Shown: one piece after another, positions 46,270-57,025 of the stretch
Layout of the letters: each line of letters begins with the position of its first letter
Position numbering within the stretch: the stretch's first letter is position 1
Source: an uncultured Bacteroidia bacterium
GTDB lineage: Bacteria; Bacteroidota; Bacteroidia; Bacteroidales; UBA932
Reading direction: 5' to 3'
Length of the DNA: 64,000 bases
Assembly: GCA_902784435.1 (NCBI GenBank)
Contig: CACZUR010000001.1
Coordinates: 16,144-80,143 of the forward strand
The notes under the pieces: model-generated
The model's database searches: none
What the model was told of the DNA's origin: nothing
The model's input: only the letters and a program-made list of their open reading frames with translations
Program-made: the position numbers and the translations under genes

Positions 46270-47676
46270 ATGAAGTATTACGATAAGCTTATCTTCGAAC
46301 TCTCCAAGGAAGGCCGCTGTGGCTATTCCTTGCCTCAGAATAAGTTCCCTGCGTCACCGGAAGTTCCGCTTCAGCTTAGGCGAGAAGCCCCCCTGGGCCT
46401 CCCCGAAGTAAGTGAACCCGATGTGGTGCGCCATTACACCAATCTGTCCCAGATGAATTTCGGGGTAGATACCGGCTTCTATCCGCTGGGTTCCTGCACC
46501 ATGAAGTACAACCCCAAGATCAACGAGGAAATGGCCGCCCTGCAGGGCTTTGCCGGCCTGCATCCCCTGATGCACGCGGGGCTTGTGAAAGGTGCCCTGA
46601 AGGTTTACCAGGAGATGAACAAGGCCCTTGCCGCCATCACCGGTATGTACACCTTCACCCTGGATCCCTGCGCCGGCGCCCATGGGGAACTCACCGGCCT
46701 CATGATCATGCGCACCTACCATATGCAGCGCGGAGACTTCAAGCGCACCAAGGTCATCGTCCCGGACAGCGCACACGGCACCAATCCTGCATCGGCCGCC
46801 GTCTGTGGCCTGGAGGTGGTGGAAGTGAAGTCGCTGGAGAACGGCCGCATAGACGTAGAGGCCCTGAAGCCGCTCCTCACGGACGAAGTGGCGGGCATCA
46901 TGATGACCAATCCCAACACCCTGGGACTGTTCGAGACGGAAATCAAGACCATCGCCAAGCTGGTGCACGAGGCCGGCGGCCTGCTCTATTACGACGGCGC
47001 CAACATGAACCCGCTCATGGGGGTGGTCCGTCCCGGCGACATGGGCTTCGACATCATGCACCTGAACCTGCACAAGACCTTCTCTACGCCCCACGGCGGC
47101 GGTGGTCCCGGCAGCGGTCCCGTGGGTGTTGCCAAGCACCTGGAAGACTGCATCCCGGACCTTCGCGTGAGCGGTTTCCACGGCAACTTCGGTGTCATCC
47201 TCAGGGCCTATGCCTATATCCTTTCCCTGGGGAAAGACCACCTGAAGAAAGTGGGCCAGTACGCTGTCCTGAGCGCCAACTACATCAAGGAATGCCTCAA
47301 GGACAAGTACAAACTGCCCATCGAGGGTGTGTGCAAGCACGAATTCGTGTTTGACGGCCTCATCCACGACGGTGCCCATGACGATGTCCCCGGCGCCACC
47401 ACCCTGGATGTGGCCAAGCGCCTGCTGGACTACGGTTTCCATGCGCCCACCATCTATTTCCCGCTCCTGTTCCACCAGGCCCTCATGATAGAGCCTACGG
47501 AAACCGAGAGCAAGGAAACCCTGGATGCGTTTATCGGGGTGATGAGAAAGATTGCCGACGAGGCCGCACAGGATCCCATGATCCTGCATGAGGCCCCGCA
47601 CAATACGCCCATTTCCCGCCCGGACGAGACCACGGCGGCCCGTAACCCCATCCTCAAGTATCAGGACGCACAGTGA
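46270..47676 (+). CDS. gcvPB: Glycine dehydrogenase subunit 2
   Basis: [36 protein letters not shown] and IEPTETE motifs. Confidence 0.95.
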   Translation: MKYYDKLIFELSKEGRCGYSLPQNKFPASPEVPLQLRREAPLGLPEVSEPDVVRHYTNLSQMNFGVDTGFYPLGSCTMKYNPKINEEMAALQGFAGLHPLMHAGLVKGALKVYQEMNKALAAITGMYTFTLDPCAGAHGELTGLMIMRTYHMQRGDFKRTKVIVPDSAHGTNPASAAVCGLEVVEVKSLENGRIDVEALKPLLTDEVAGIMMTNPNTLGLFETEIKTIAKLVHEAGGLLYYDGANMNPLMGVVRPGDMGFDIMHLNLHKTFSTPHGGGGPGSGPVGVAKHLEDCIPDLRVSGFHGNFGVILRAYAYILSLGKDHLKKVGQYAVLSANYIKECLKDKYKLPIEGVCKHEFVFDGLIHDGAHDDVPGATTLDVAKRLLDYGFHAPTIYFPLLFHQALMIEPTETESKETLDAFIGVMRKIADEAAQDPMILHEAPHNTPISRPDETTAARNPILKYQDAQ

Positions 47677-48902
47677 GAGACCTTCATTCCATACTGGACG
47701 GTTTCCAGAAAATGGAACTGAGAGACCTGGGAAATCTCCTGGGCAGCGACCTCAGTCCCAGGCTCCGGAAATCCCAGCTGGTGGAACAGTTGCACACCTA
47801 CCTGCGCGGGGAACCGCGCAGGTGGATGTCGCATCTGATGGAGCGGGACGTTCGCCTGCTTCGGGAACTGGTTCACGCAGGTCCGGAAAAAGTTCAGTAT
47901 CAGGATTTTGCAGATTATCCATCGCTGCTGGAAGTCTCCGGCCTGGTGCAGTACGACGACTCCGATGAGCACTACCACAAAGTGTGGATCAGCCGCGAAA
48001 TCTATGACATCGTCGCGGCCGAGGTAGACAAAGTGGTGCACATCGGGGAGCGGAACGGGCAGTTCGAGGTGGAGCGGATCGGCCTGGGCTACCTGAACCT
48101 GTACGGCGTCATCCCCACGGAGCGCTTCATTTCGCTCCTGATGGACTGGTATGAGGGCCGATATGGCTCCAATTACGAGCGTCTGTCCCGCATGCTGCAT
48201 CAGTGCCCGCTGGTCAAGATGTACCGCTATACAGACCAGTGGGGAGACTATGTGTGCTCTCCCTGCGTAGAGAATGTAGAGGAAGTCTTTACCCAGCGGG
48301 AACAGCTCCGGCAGCATCATTTCCAGGAGTTTACGGACGCGGATGCCCGGGAGTCCGGGGCCGGCGCGCCCTATTTCACGGTGGCCATGAAAACACCGGA
48401 AGGCATGCGGCTGGAGCAGATGTACCGCCGGGTGGGCTACGAGGGTTATGAACTGGTGAAAGCCGCGCACGACACCTGGCTGGAGGCACAGTACACCGCA
48501 GGGCCCAATGACGCCCTTTTCCAGCCGCTGATGGACAGTCCCATGTGCCAGGAACTGGACGAGGAAAGCTGGCTGCACTGCTGCGAAATCGTCGTAGACT
48601 ATGCCGACAGCGTGCCCAAGTGGTTCCTGTGCGGTCACAGTGCCCGGGAAAAGCACCTGTGCGAGGTGGACTGGGAATCTTTCCGGCGGATGGCCCAGCA
48701 GGCACCAGAGGCCCCGGCTGCCGACGGAGAGTATCCCCGCTGGGAGATGCCCGAACCCACGATTACGGACGGTTTTGCGTCGGAACTCAATTCCGATTTC
48801 CTGCCCTTGGGTTTTGCCATTCCGCATGTGGCGCCCAACGACCCCTGTCCCTGTGGCAGCGGGCTGCGTTACTGCCGTTGTCACGGCAAATACCTTTCCT
48901 GA
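47673..48902 (+). CDS. SEC-C motif-containing protein
   Basis: C-terminal [18 protein letters not shown]; GTG start overlaps the gcvPB stop. Confidence 0.8.
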   Translation: MRDLHSILDGFQKMELRDLGNLLGSDLSPRLRKSQLVEQLHTYLRGEPRRWMSHLMERDVRLLRELVHAGPEKVQYQDFADYPSLLEVSGLVQYDDSDEHYHKVWISREIYDIVAAEVDKVVHIGERNGQFEVERIGLGYLNLYGVIPTERFISLLMDWYEGRYGSNYERLSRMLHQCPLVKMYRYTDQWGDYVCSPCVENVEEVFTQREQLRQHHFQEFTDADARESGAGAPYFTVAMKTPEGMRLEQMYRRVGYEGYELVKAAHDTWLEAQYTAGPNDALFQPLMDSPMCQELDEESWLHCCEIVVDYADSVPKWFLCGHSAREKHLCEVDWESFRRMAQQAPEAPAADGEYPRWEMPEPTITDGFASELNSDFLPLGFAIPHVAPNDPCPCGSGLRYCRCHGKYLS

Positions 48903-49570
48903 TGGAAGACAGCCTTCTCATCAAGCCTGTGGCTTATTACAGGGGCCCTTTCGGCTCCAAATTCGGCATACCCCGCCAGAGTTCCCTGGCGCCGGACATT
49001 CACGGACGCATTGTCTTTGCAGAGCCTTACCGGGTACGGGAAGCCCTGCGGGGCCTGGATGGTTTCAGCCACATCTGGCTCATCTGGGGGTTCAGCGCCA
49101 ACCGGGCGGCAAAAGGGGAGTGGCAGCCCACCGTAAGGCCTCCCCGGCTGGGCGGCAATGCAGCCATGGGCGTCTGGGCCACCCGATCGCCCTACAGGCC
49201 CAATCCGCTGGGGCTTTCCTGCGTGGAAGTGGAAGGGCTGGACGGCCTGGACATCCTGGTCCGCGGGGCCGACCTGATGGACGGAACGCCCATCTACGAT
49301 ATCAAACCGTATATTACTTATGCCGACAGCCGGCCTCAGGCCGTGTCCGGTTTTGCATCGGCAGCCCCGGAAAAACGCCTGAAAGTGGTCATTCCCCCGC
49401 AACTGCCCCTGAGCCTTTCCCAGCGCCAGGCCCTGGAAGAAATCCTTTCACTGGATCCCCGCCCGGCCTATCAGGACACGGAAGGCAGGGTATACGGACT
49501 CCTGTTCGACGGGATGGACGTGCGCTTCCGCGTAACGGACGGCACGCTGACCGTCATCGGGTTGGATTAA
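48902..49570 (+). CDS. tsaA: tRNA (N6-threonylcarbamoyladenosine(37)-N6)-methyltransferase TrmO
   Basis: KFGIPRQ, VRPPRLGGN, ATRSPYRPNPLGLS, DGTPIYDIKPY and DPRPAY motifs. Start at MEDSLL. Confidence 0.93.
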   Translation: MEDSLLIKPVAYYRGPFGSKFGIPRQSSLAPDIHGRIVFAEPYRVREALRGLDGFSHIWLIWGFSANRAAKGEWQPTVRPPRLGGNAAMGVWATRSPYRPNPLGLSCVEVEGLDGLDILVRGADLMDGTPIYDIKPYITYADSRPQAVSGFASAAPEKRLKVVIPPQLPLSLSQRQALEEILSLDPRPAYQDTEGRVYGLLFDGMDVRFRVTDGTLTVIGLD

Positions 49571-50319
49571 CGGTTGTTTCTGTACTGCGACGGGGTCATT
49601 CCCGTCTTTTTCTTGAAAAAACGGGAGAAGTAGGACTGGTCCACGAGGCCGGTCTTTTCTGCAATGTCCGCAATGGACAGGGACGGGTCTTTCAGAAGCT
49701 GCTTGGCCAGGTTTACGCGGGCAATCTCTATCCAGTCGATGGCCGTGCGGTGCGTGTGGTTCTTGACGGTCTTGTTCAGGTAATTGGGGGTGACTTGAAG
49801 GAGATCGGCATATTCCGAAACGCTGAGGGAAACGGTATCCCGCTGGAACACCAGCTGCAGGAACTTCTCCGGAATCACGGCTACGCGTCCACCCGGGCGG
49901 AGCTGGCTCAGAATCAGGTCTATGGCGCTTTGCAAAAAGGCTTTGTCTTTGTCTTGATGGGCAATGTACATCCGTTTCAAGAGAGAGCCCATGAACACGG
50001 CATCGTCGAACCAGAAACTCTGCTGGATAGGCTTGTCCGAGCGCAGGACAGGGTAGGAGACATCTTTCAGGTAATCCAGGCTGAAACAGCCGTCAAAGCC
50101 CTTGCAGCCGTTAAAATGACGGATGTAGATGTCTTTGTTTTCCGGAACAATCATAAACTGTCCTGCACTGATCAGGAAATTCTTACCCTCCACTTCCACC
50201 AGCACTTCCCCTTCCATGAGAAAGGCAAAGGAAAAGACGTTGTTCCGAAAGGGTTTTGTCCGGGAAACTTCCGTTTGGCCGCTGACCTGCAGCGGCCGGA
50301 TGTCAAAGAAAGATTTCAT
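49567..50319 (-). CDS. AraC family transcriptional regulator
   Basis: YADLLQVTPNYLN and SYFSRFFKKKTGMTPSQYR. Confidence 0.92.
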   Translation of the reverse strand: MKSFFDIRPLQVSGQTEVSRTKPFRNNVFSFAFLMEGEVLVEVEGKNFLISAGQFMIVPENKDIYIRHFNGCKGFDGCFSLDYLKDVSYPVLRSDKPIQQSFWFDDAVFMGSLLKRMYIAHQDKDKAFLQSAIDLILSQLRPGGRVAVIPEKFLQLVFQRDTVSLSVSEYADLLQVTPNYLNKTVKNHTHRTAIDWIEIARVNLAKQLLKDPSLSIADIAEKTGLVDQSYFSRFFKKKTGMTPSQYRNNR

Positions 50320-50331
50320 GGTTTAAGCATA

Positions 50332-52800
50332 TCAGAATTCTACGTCAATGCCCAGATTGACGCTCCAGTTCTTATTCTTTTCCGGCCTCAGATGGGTGGT
50401 TCTCCAGAAGAAGTCCACCCTGAGCAGGCGGAACAGGTTGGAGATGCCCACACCCAGCTCTACATAGGGCGTGTTCAGGTCTTGGGTTTCCTGCAGGGCG
50501 TTGAGCCGGTTTTTCTCGCTGATATCCCCCCAGGCGAAACGGGCGGTAACGACCTCCCGGAGGTCCAACTTCTTGATCAGCGGAATTTTGCCCAGGAAGA
50601 AGCCGTTGAAATTGTGTTCGTAATAGCCGGCCAGCCAGCGGTCCGAGGCAAATTCGTAATAGTCCATGCACGAGAAGGCCGTCCGGTCCATGAAGTAGGT
50701 CTGGTTGCCCTCGTGAAGCTTCAGGAGGGGATGCGGCACATTGCCGAAGATGGCGCCGGCCTCTACCCGCAGTTTTCCAAAGCCGATGGCCGTAGAAGGC
50801 ACTTTCCAGCCCACCACGGCCTGGGTGCGGATGAAGTTGACATCGTTCTGGGAAATTCCTTTGAAACCGCCCGTAACGCCCAGGGTGAGCGTGGGATATT
50901 TGGTGTAAAGGTAGTGCTTGGAGAAGTAGGTGCGGTTCACGCGTTCGTCCTTGGACAGGCGCACGGAAGCGTGGAGCTCGTGTACGGCCAGGCTTTCCAT
51001 CAGGGTGCGTGTCCCGTCCGGGGTGTAGATAGGGACGGCTTCGTTGCTCCACATCCGGCGGGACTCCCAGCCAATCTCTCCGTCCACGATGGGATTGAAC
51101 TCGTGCTCATACAGGATGGAGGCCGACCGGACCATGGTCATGCGGTTGTTGTGGTCCCTGGCGATGATGGAGGAGAACATGTTCTGGGCGCTGAAAACGC
51201 CCGTTCCGCCGCCCAGCTGGGAGAAGTCCTTCTTGTAAGCGGCCGTCAGTTTCCGGGTCTTTTCCCGGTTGAAGATGTATTCTACCTGCGCCCACCCCTT
51301 GGGCATGTGGTCTTTGAATCCGTAGGCGATGTAGCCGGAAAAACGCACCTTCTGCGAGAAGAAATGCGTGGTGCGCCCGCCCAGCTGCACGCGGAATCCT
51401 TCCACATCGTTGTGCACGAAGGTGCGCGCCCATCGGCCAAACTCCACGCCCCAGGCCGGGACGTCCAGATAGCCGGTAATCCAGGTATTGGCAATGTTGT
51501 AGGTCCACTTATAGAAAGGGAGCGTCTGGATGTGGTCCACCATGTCGTAGATGCCCTGTTCGCGCGGGGTGAGCGGATAGGGCCGGGTGTCGCTCCAGAA
51601 AGAATTGTCCCCCTTGACCACATTGCGCATGACAACGGCGTTGTCGGCCGTAAGGGCGTCTTTGTCCGTGATGGGGCCGAATACCGGCGGGTCGTAGGTC
51701 ATGTGCCGGTGCCCCAGGAAAGAGATGAGCTTGGAATTGTCGTTGACCGTGAGGGAAAAGTCAATGAACAGGCGCTCTTCCCCGTAGAACCAGCGGCCGT
51801 CCGGGAGGCGGCGGTTTTCGATGTCCATGTTGATGTGGCGGATCCAGTTCACATTGGAACTCTTGGACAGCTGGACATGGACGGAACGGATGCCGAAATC
51901 CTGTGCGTCTATGTGCATTTCTCCGTCAAAGGTGGGGGAGGTGACCAGTTTCTTGGGGTGGAAGCGGAGCACATAGGTCTTGCGCCCCTCTACCTGCAGG
52001 CTGTCCACCAGGAAGTAATTGTAGAAAATGGCCGATGACGCCGCTGCCGGATTGGGGATGCTCAGGTTGAAGACGTCGATGCTGCGCTTGTAGAAGTTGG
52101 TCCGGAGCAGATAGGAACCGGTGAACTGGCGGACGATGTTGTCTTCGTCCAGGCCGGAAATGCGGCTGGCCCGCATGACTTCCCGGTCGAAGGACGGATC
52201 CTGGGAATGGTACAGGTCCGACACGTTTTCCGAAATCATGGCCGGGATATAGGCCTTTCCGGTGATGGCCGACGTATCCGAATACTGGCGGATGAAGCCC
52301 AGGTTCTTTTCCAGTACGCCCAGCTTGAGGAAGTCCTCCATGTTGGTGACGTCCATCTCTATCTTGGTGTACAGGTGGGTGCTCCAGTCCGAGGCGTTGT
52401 CCGGGTCGTTGACGGCGCGGCAGCGGTCCAGTTTCCGGAGGATGGACTTGATATAGTGGTCGTCGGGCTTGACCAGGGCCGCCTGCAGCTGTTTCGGGTC
52501 CGGGCGCAGGGCGAAATTGATTTCCGTAAAGGCCCCCTGGGTTACTTCTACGGACAGGTTTTCGTAGCCGATGAGCTGGGCGGTGAGCACCCTGGCCTCC
52601 CGGGAACGGGTTTCCAGGCTGTACCGGCCTTCCATGTCCGTGGAAATGCCGATGGTGGTGCCGTCGAAGTATACGCCCACGAAGGGGAGGGGTTCTCCGG
52701 TGTCCGCGTCCCGGACGATGCCGCGTACACGGGTACTCTGTGCCAACGCAAGCGTTGCCACCAGCAGCATGGATATGAGGAGCCCTGCCCTTTTGAACAT
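50332..52800 (-). CDS. Carboxypeptidase-regulatory-like + DUF5686 outer-membrane protein
   Basis: VRGIVRDADTGEPLPFV N-terminus; NDVEGFR, YEFASD, PYVELGVGISN and LRVDF motifs. Confidence 0.88.
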   Translation of the reverse strand: MFKRAGLLISMLLVATLALAQSTRVRGIVRDADTGEPLPFVGVYFDGTTIGISTDMEGRYSLETRSREARVLTAQLIGYENLSVEVTQGAFTEINFALRPDPKQLQAALVKPDDHYIKSILRKLDRCRAVNDPDNASDWSTHLYTKIEMDVTNMEDFLKLGVLEKNLGFIRQYSDTSAITGKAYIPAMISENVSDLYHSQDPSFDREVMRASRISGLDEDNIVRQFTGSYLLRTNFYKRSIDVFNLSIPNPAAASSAIFYNYFLVDSLQVEGRKTYVLRFHPKKLVTSPTFDGEMHIDAQDFGIRSVHVQLSKSSNVNWIRHINMDIENRRLPDGRWFYGEERLFIDFSLTVNDNSKLISFLGHRHMTYDPPVFGPITDKDALTADNAVVMRNVVKGDNSFWSDTRPYPLTPREQGIYDMVDHIQTLPFYKWTYNIANTWITGYLDVPAWGVEFGRWARTFVHNDVEGFRVQLGGRTTHFFSQKVRFSGYIAYGFKDHMPKGWAQVEYIFNREKTRKLTAAYKKDFSQLGGGTGVFSAQNMFSSIIARDHNNRMTMVRSASILYEHEFNPIVDGEIGWESRRMWSNEAVPIYTPDGTRTLMESLAVHELHASVRLSKDERVNRTYFSKHYLYTKYPTLTLGVTGGFKGISQNDVNFIRTQAVVGWKVPSTAIGFGKLRVEAGAIFGNVPHPLLKLHEGNQTYFMDRTAFSCMDYYEFASDRWLAGYYEHNFNGFFLGKIPLIKKLDLREVVTARFAWGDISEKNRLNALQETQDLNTPYVELGVGISNLFRLLRVDFFWRTTHLRPEKNKNWSVNLGIDVEF

Positions 52801-52824
52801 AACTTCAAAAGTAACACTATTTTT

Positions 52825-53634
52825 TTAATTGTACAAGGCCCCCAGGATTCTCAAGGCTAATTTTGTAGGACAAATACGGATGAGGAAAGCGACAAACTTG
52901 TAGTCCAGGCGGGGAACCACCCGTACGGACATGTGTTTCCGGCGCAATTGCCGCAGGATATGCCGGCCGATGGCGGCGGGCGCCATGCCCCCCAGTTCGT
53001 CTTTCTCGATCTGTTTCAGGTTTTTGGCCATCCTTTCCCGGTAGGGCGAATCCGGCTCCTGGGCCGCCAGCGTTTTCTTCCGGGCGGCGGTGAAGCCGGT
53101 GGAAACGTCTCCGGGCAGGATGCAGCAGCACTGGATGCCGGTGCCCTGCAGTTCCATTGCCAGTGACTGGGTCACGGACAGCAGCGCAGCCTTTGCGGCC
53201 GAATAGAAGGCCTGGTAGGGGAGCTGCAGGATGGACATCACCGACCCCACGGTGATGATGCGGCCGTGTCCCTGGCGGCGGAACACGGGAAGGCAGGCCT
53301 GGATGGTTTTCAGGTTGCCGAAGAAAGTGGTTTCGAACTGGCTGCGCACCTCTTCGTCCGAGGCGCCTTCCACCGGGCCGTAAATGCCGTTTCCGGCATT
53401 GCAGACCACGGCGTCCAAGTGACCTTCGGCCGCTACGATATCGGCCACGACCTTCTGGGTGAGCGCTTCGTCGTTGATGTCCAGGACGACGGGAACAATG
53501 CCTTCCTGGGGCGCGTCAATGGCTCCCCGGCGGCTTCCGGCATATACTTTCATGCCGGCATTGGCCAGCAGATGGGCGGTGGCAGCGCCTATTCCGCTGC
53601 TCCCTCCGGTAAGGAGAACTACTTTTACTTCCAT
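52825..53634 (-). CDS. SDR family oxidoreductase
   Basis: TGGSSGIG, NAG and YSAAK motifs. Confidence 0.92.
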   Translation of the reverse strand: MEVKVVLLTGGSSGIGAATAHLLANAGMKVYAGSRRGAIDAPQEGIVPVVLDINDEALTQKVVADIVAAEGHLDAVVCNAGNGIYGPVEGASDEEVRSQFETTFFGNLKTIQACLPVFRRQGHGRIITVGSVMSILQLPYQAFYSAAKAALLSVTQSLAMELQGTGIQCCCILPGDVSTGFTAARKKTLAAQEPDSPYRERMAKNLKQIEKDELGGMAPAAIGRHILRQLRRKHMSVRVVPRLDYKFVAFLIRICPTKLALRILGALYN

Positions 53635-54482
53635 AATTGGGATCGGTTGATGAATGTTTCCGGGAGCGGCATCCCGTAGACGCTTTCGCGGAGAAAAGCC
53701 TTGAACTGATCATCAGGAACGGCGTCCTGCTGCGCTACGCTGATGGCAGGGCCGATACCCATCCGCGGATGGGTGCCGCGCTTGTTGTATACTTCGTGGA
53801 AAAGGCGTACGAAGCGGACGCGGTAATCCACGAGCCCCAGGGCATAGTAAAACCAGGAGTTGTGGTCGAAAAAGCGGATGGGAACCACCGGGACCCGCGC
53901 CTTGCGGATGAGCCGGACGGCGGAATCCTGCCAGTCCCGCTCTTCCAGCGTGAAACCTTTGAAGGGCTTCAGGTCTGCGACGGCACCGGAAGGGAAGAGG
54001 CAGAGGGGTTCTCCGCTGCGGATTTGCGAGAGGGCGCTCTTGATGCCCCGGATGCTGGTGGCCGTGACGCCGCTGCTGGCCGCCGTGGCGGGATTCACGG
54101 AGATGAAATTGGGCGAAAGGCCGTGGATCCACATGAGGAATTCGTTCACCATCACCTTGGTGCCGGGGCGCGCGTGCCCCACGATGTCTACCAGGGCGAT
54201 GCCGTCCAGATGCCCGTACACGTGATTGGATATGGTGATGAACGGCCCCTCGGGGAAGGAGAGCCTTTCCGGGTTTCCGATGCTGAAGTCTATGCCGAAG
54301 GAGTCCAGCAGGCCTTTGGCGAAGTCCGGGCCCGGCTGCACGCCGGCCTTTTCCAGGGCGTCGTGGGAAAGGTTCACTTTGTCGATGGCGGTGAGGCGGG
54401 TGGCCAGTTTAAACAGAAACTTCCCCCGCTTTCCTTTGAAAATGGGGGAGAGTTCCGGTGCCTGTTCTGCCGTGATGATCAT
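53625..54482 (-). CDS. Lysophospholipid/PlsC-type acyltransferase
   Basis: NHVYGHLD, LFPSGAV and VVPIRF motifs; true start MIITAEQ. Confidence 0.85.
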   Translation of the reverse strand: MIITAEQAPELSPIFKGKRGKFLFKLATRLTAIDKVNLSHDALEKAGVQPGPDFAKGLLDSFGIDFSIGNPERLSFPEGPFITISNHVYGHLDGIALVDIVGHARPGTKVMVNEFLMWIHGLSPNFISVNPATAASSGVTATSIRGIKSALSQIRSGEPLCLFPSGAVADLKPFKGFTLEERDWQDSAVRLIRKARVPVVPIRFFDHNSWFYYALGLVDYRVRFVRLFHEVYNKRGTHPRMGIGPAISVAQQDAVPDDQFKAFLRESVYGMPLPETFINRSQLWK

Positions 54483-55201
54483 GATTCCTGTCCGGGTTGA
54501 TGGATGGGGTCTATCCGGGCGTAATACTTGGCGTCCTTGAAGAAAAAGATGATGTAGAACGCCACCAGGATAAGGGCGATGGCCAGGCAGATGTAGTCGA
54601 AGATGCCCAAGTCGAACTCGTTGTGGAAGAGGACGACGTGCTGCTTGAATTCCAGCAGCCAGGGGATATACATGTAGGCCATGCAGACAAGCGCCAGGAT
54701 AATGCGCAGTTCCGTGGGGCCCAGGCCGCCGTAGGTAAGGCGCATCTCGCCTTTGAGGTGGCAGTCTATGTAAACGTACACGCTGAGCGTCAGGTAGCCG
54801 ATGAGGGCCGCCATGGCGAAGGTGAGGTTGACCATGGGGCTTACCCCCACGCCCACGAACATGATGATTTCGTTGATGACGTCTACGGTGTGGTCGATGA
54901 AAAAGCCATAGGTCTTGCGCTGGGTATTGCGGACGCGGGCCAGGCTGCCGTCCAGGGAGTCTCCGAACCAGTTCAGGAACAGGCCGAAGCAGGAAAGCCA
55001 CATCCAGTGAATGTCCAGGTTGGCCAGGCAGAAGCCTGCGAACATGACCAGCGAGCCCAGGAAGCCCACGAAGGTGAGCATGTCGGAGGTGACCCAGGCT
55101 GGCATGCGTTCTGCCAGGAAGACCAGGGCTTTTTTCTCATAAGGGTTCAGGATGGATGTCTGTATGCGTTGGGCCTGAGCACGTTCTTTCTTCTTTGCCA
55201 T
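54479..55201 (-). CDS. CDP-alcohol phosphatidyltransferase
   Basis: DSLDGSLARVRN...GFFIDHTVD signature and GPTELR. Confidence 0.9.
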   Translation of the reverse strand: MAKKKERAQAQRIQTSILNPYEKKALVFLAERMPAWVTSDMLTFVGFLGSLVMFAGFCLANLDIHWMWLSCFGLFLNWFGDSLDGSLARVRNTQRKTYGFFIDHTVDVINEIIMFVGVGVSPMVNLTFAMAALIGYLTLSVYVYIDCHLKGEMRLTYGGLGPTELRIILALVCMAYMYIPWLLEFKQHVVLFHNEFDLGIFDYICLAIALILVAFYIIFFFKDAKYYARIDPIHQPGQES

Positions 55202-55299
55202 AAAGCTTGGGTTTCAGTTTAAAATGGTCAAACAAAGATAGCCATTTTGCCGGGATTTGCCAAAAATTGTATATCTTTGTAAGATTTTAAAAAGCGACT

Positions 55300-55782
55300 A
55301 TGGCCAGAAACTGGAAAGAACTGCTGAACAACTTTGCCAAGTTCATGATCGTGAGCCTGATCGGGACGGTCGTAGACCTGGGACTGCATTCCCTCCTGAG
55401 CGTCTACGTGTTCCAGGACAACTATTGGGGCAGTTACTGGTTGGCTCCGGCCATTTCTTTTGAAATCTCTGTCATTGTCGGCTTTGTCTTTGCCTACTTC
55501 TTCATCTGGAAAGACCGCGTGTCGGAGCGCAGCACCCGCTCGTTCTTCCGTCACCTGGGCGGCTACAACCTGGCCAATATAGGCTGCTTCCTCATCAAAT
55601 TCGTCCTCCTGCAGGCGTTCCATTTCCTGTTCGTGCGCCTGGACTGGCTGCAGTCCTGGGACCTGGAACCCACCTTCTGCAATCTGCTGGGGTCCATCTT
55701 CGGCGGTCTGTTCAACTTCTGGATCAACGAGTTCGTGATCTTTAACAAGAAAAAGGAAAAACAAGAAACAACAAAACAATAA
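55300..55782 (+). CDS. GtrA family membrane protein
   Basis: KFMIVSLIGTVVD...FIWKD...NFWINEFVIF four-TM pattern. Confidence 0.8.
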   Translation: MARNWKELLNNFAKFMIVSLIGTVVDLGLHSLLSVYVFQDNYWGSYWLAPAISFEISVIVGFVFAYFFIWKDRVSERSTRSFFRHLGGYNLANIGCFLIKFVLLQAFHFLFVRLDWLQSWDLEPTFCNLLGSIFGGLFNFWINEFVIFNKKKEKQETTKQ

Positions 55783-55794
55783 ACCCTTCGTATT

Positions 55795-57024
55795 ATGAAA
55801 GATTCCATCATCATCCTTTGCGGCGGCGGCCCGGCTCCGGGCATGAATACCGTCGTTATGTCCGTGGCCAAGACCTTCCTGTCGGGCGGTTACCGCGTCA
55901 TCGGCCTGCACGGCGGTTACAGCGGTCTTTTCTCCAAGACTCCCCGCACGGAAGACATCGACTTCTACAAGGCCGACGCCTACTTCAACCGGGGCGGCAG
56001 TTATCTGCAGATGAGCCGTTTCAAACCCACCGACAAGGATTTTGAAGAAAACTTCAACCTGAGCCTGTTCCAGGACAACAACATCAAGCTGCTGGTCACC
56101 GTGGGCGGCGACGACACCGCCTCCACCGCCAACCGCATCGCCAAATTCCTGGAAGCCAAGCAGTATCCCATCCACAACATCCATGTGCCCAAGACCATCG
56201 ACAACGACCTTCCGCTGCCGCAGAACACCCCTACCTTCGGCTTCAACAGCGCCAAGGACGAGGGTGCCCACCTGGCCCGCACCGTGTATGAGGACGCCCG
56301 CACCAGCGGCAACTGGCTCGTCATCAGCGCCATGGGCCGCAGCGCCGGCCACCTGGCCCTGGGTATCGGCGAGGCTACGCACTGCCCCATGACCATCATC
56401 CCGGAAATGTTCAACAAGACCACCATCACCCTGGACAAGATCGTGAACCTGGCCATTTCTGCCATTATCAAGCGCAAGATCATGGGCATCGGCTACGGTA
56501 CCGTGGTAGTGGCCGAAGGCGTGTTCCACGACCTGGATCCCCAGGAAATCAAGGATGCCGGTGTTTCCATGACCTACGACGAGCACGGTCATCCGGAACT
56601 GGGCAAGATCAGCAAGGCCGTCCTCTTCAACGACATCCTGGAGAAGAGATTCAAGGCCATCGGCCTCAAGGTCAAGACCCGTCCCGTGGAAATCGGTTAC
56701 GACGTCCGCTGCCAGGATCCCATCGGCTTTGACCTCACTTACTGCACGGAACTGGCCATGGGTGCCTACGAGCTCTTCGCCAAGGGCGAAACCGGCTGCA
56801 TGGTATATGTAGACGCTTTCGGAGAGTCTCATCCGCTGTACCTGAAAGACCTGCAGAACGAGGAAGGCAAGATCCCTCCGCGCCGCGTGGCCATCGACGG
56901 CGGCACTGCCCAGAACTACTTCAACCATATCTGCCACTTCATTACCCCGGCAGACTATGAGGCTGCCAGGAAGTATGTGGCGGATCCCGAGGCCTACGAC
57001 TTCAAGAAGATCTTGAACTGGTAG
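55795..57024 (+). CDS. Phosphofructokinase, probably PPi-dependent
   Basis: GGGPAPGMN, GGDD, PKTIDND and MGR motifs. Confidence 0.9.
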   Translation: MKDSIIILCGGGPAPGMNTVVMSVAKTFLSGGYRVIGLHGGYSGLFSKTPRTEDIDFYKADAYFNRGGSYLQMSRFKPTDKDFEENFNLSLFQDNNIKLLVTVGGDDTASTANRIAKFLEAKQYPIHNIHVPKTIDNDLPLPQNTPTFGFNSAKDEGAHLARTVYEDARTSGNWLVISAMGRSAGHLALGIGEATHCPMTIIPEMFNKTTITLDKIVNLAISAIIKRKIMGIGYGTVVVAEGVFHDLDPQEIKDAGVSMTYDEHGHPELGKISKAVLFNDILEKRFKAIGLKVKTRPVEIGYDVRCQDPIGFDLTYCTELAMGAYELFAKGETGCMVYVDAFGESHPLYLKDLQNEEGKIPPRRVAIDGGTAQNYFNHICHFITPADYEAARKYVADPEAYDFKKILNW

Positions 57025-57025
57025 T

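Noticed and set aside
48601-52038. 1145-aa plus-strand ORF and similar long ORFs (930-2537, 2721-5231, 8155-10593, 11255-13156, 24546-26489, 55228-56937, 59440-61671, 61205-62992)
   Set aside because: Antisense shadows of well-supported genes, expected from GC-rich codon bias; they carry no recognisable motifs.
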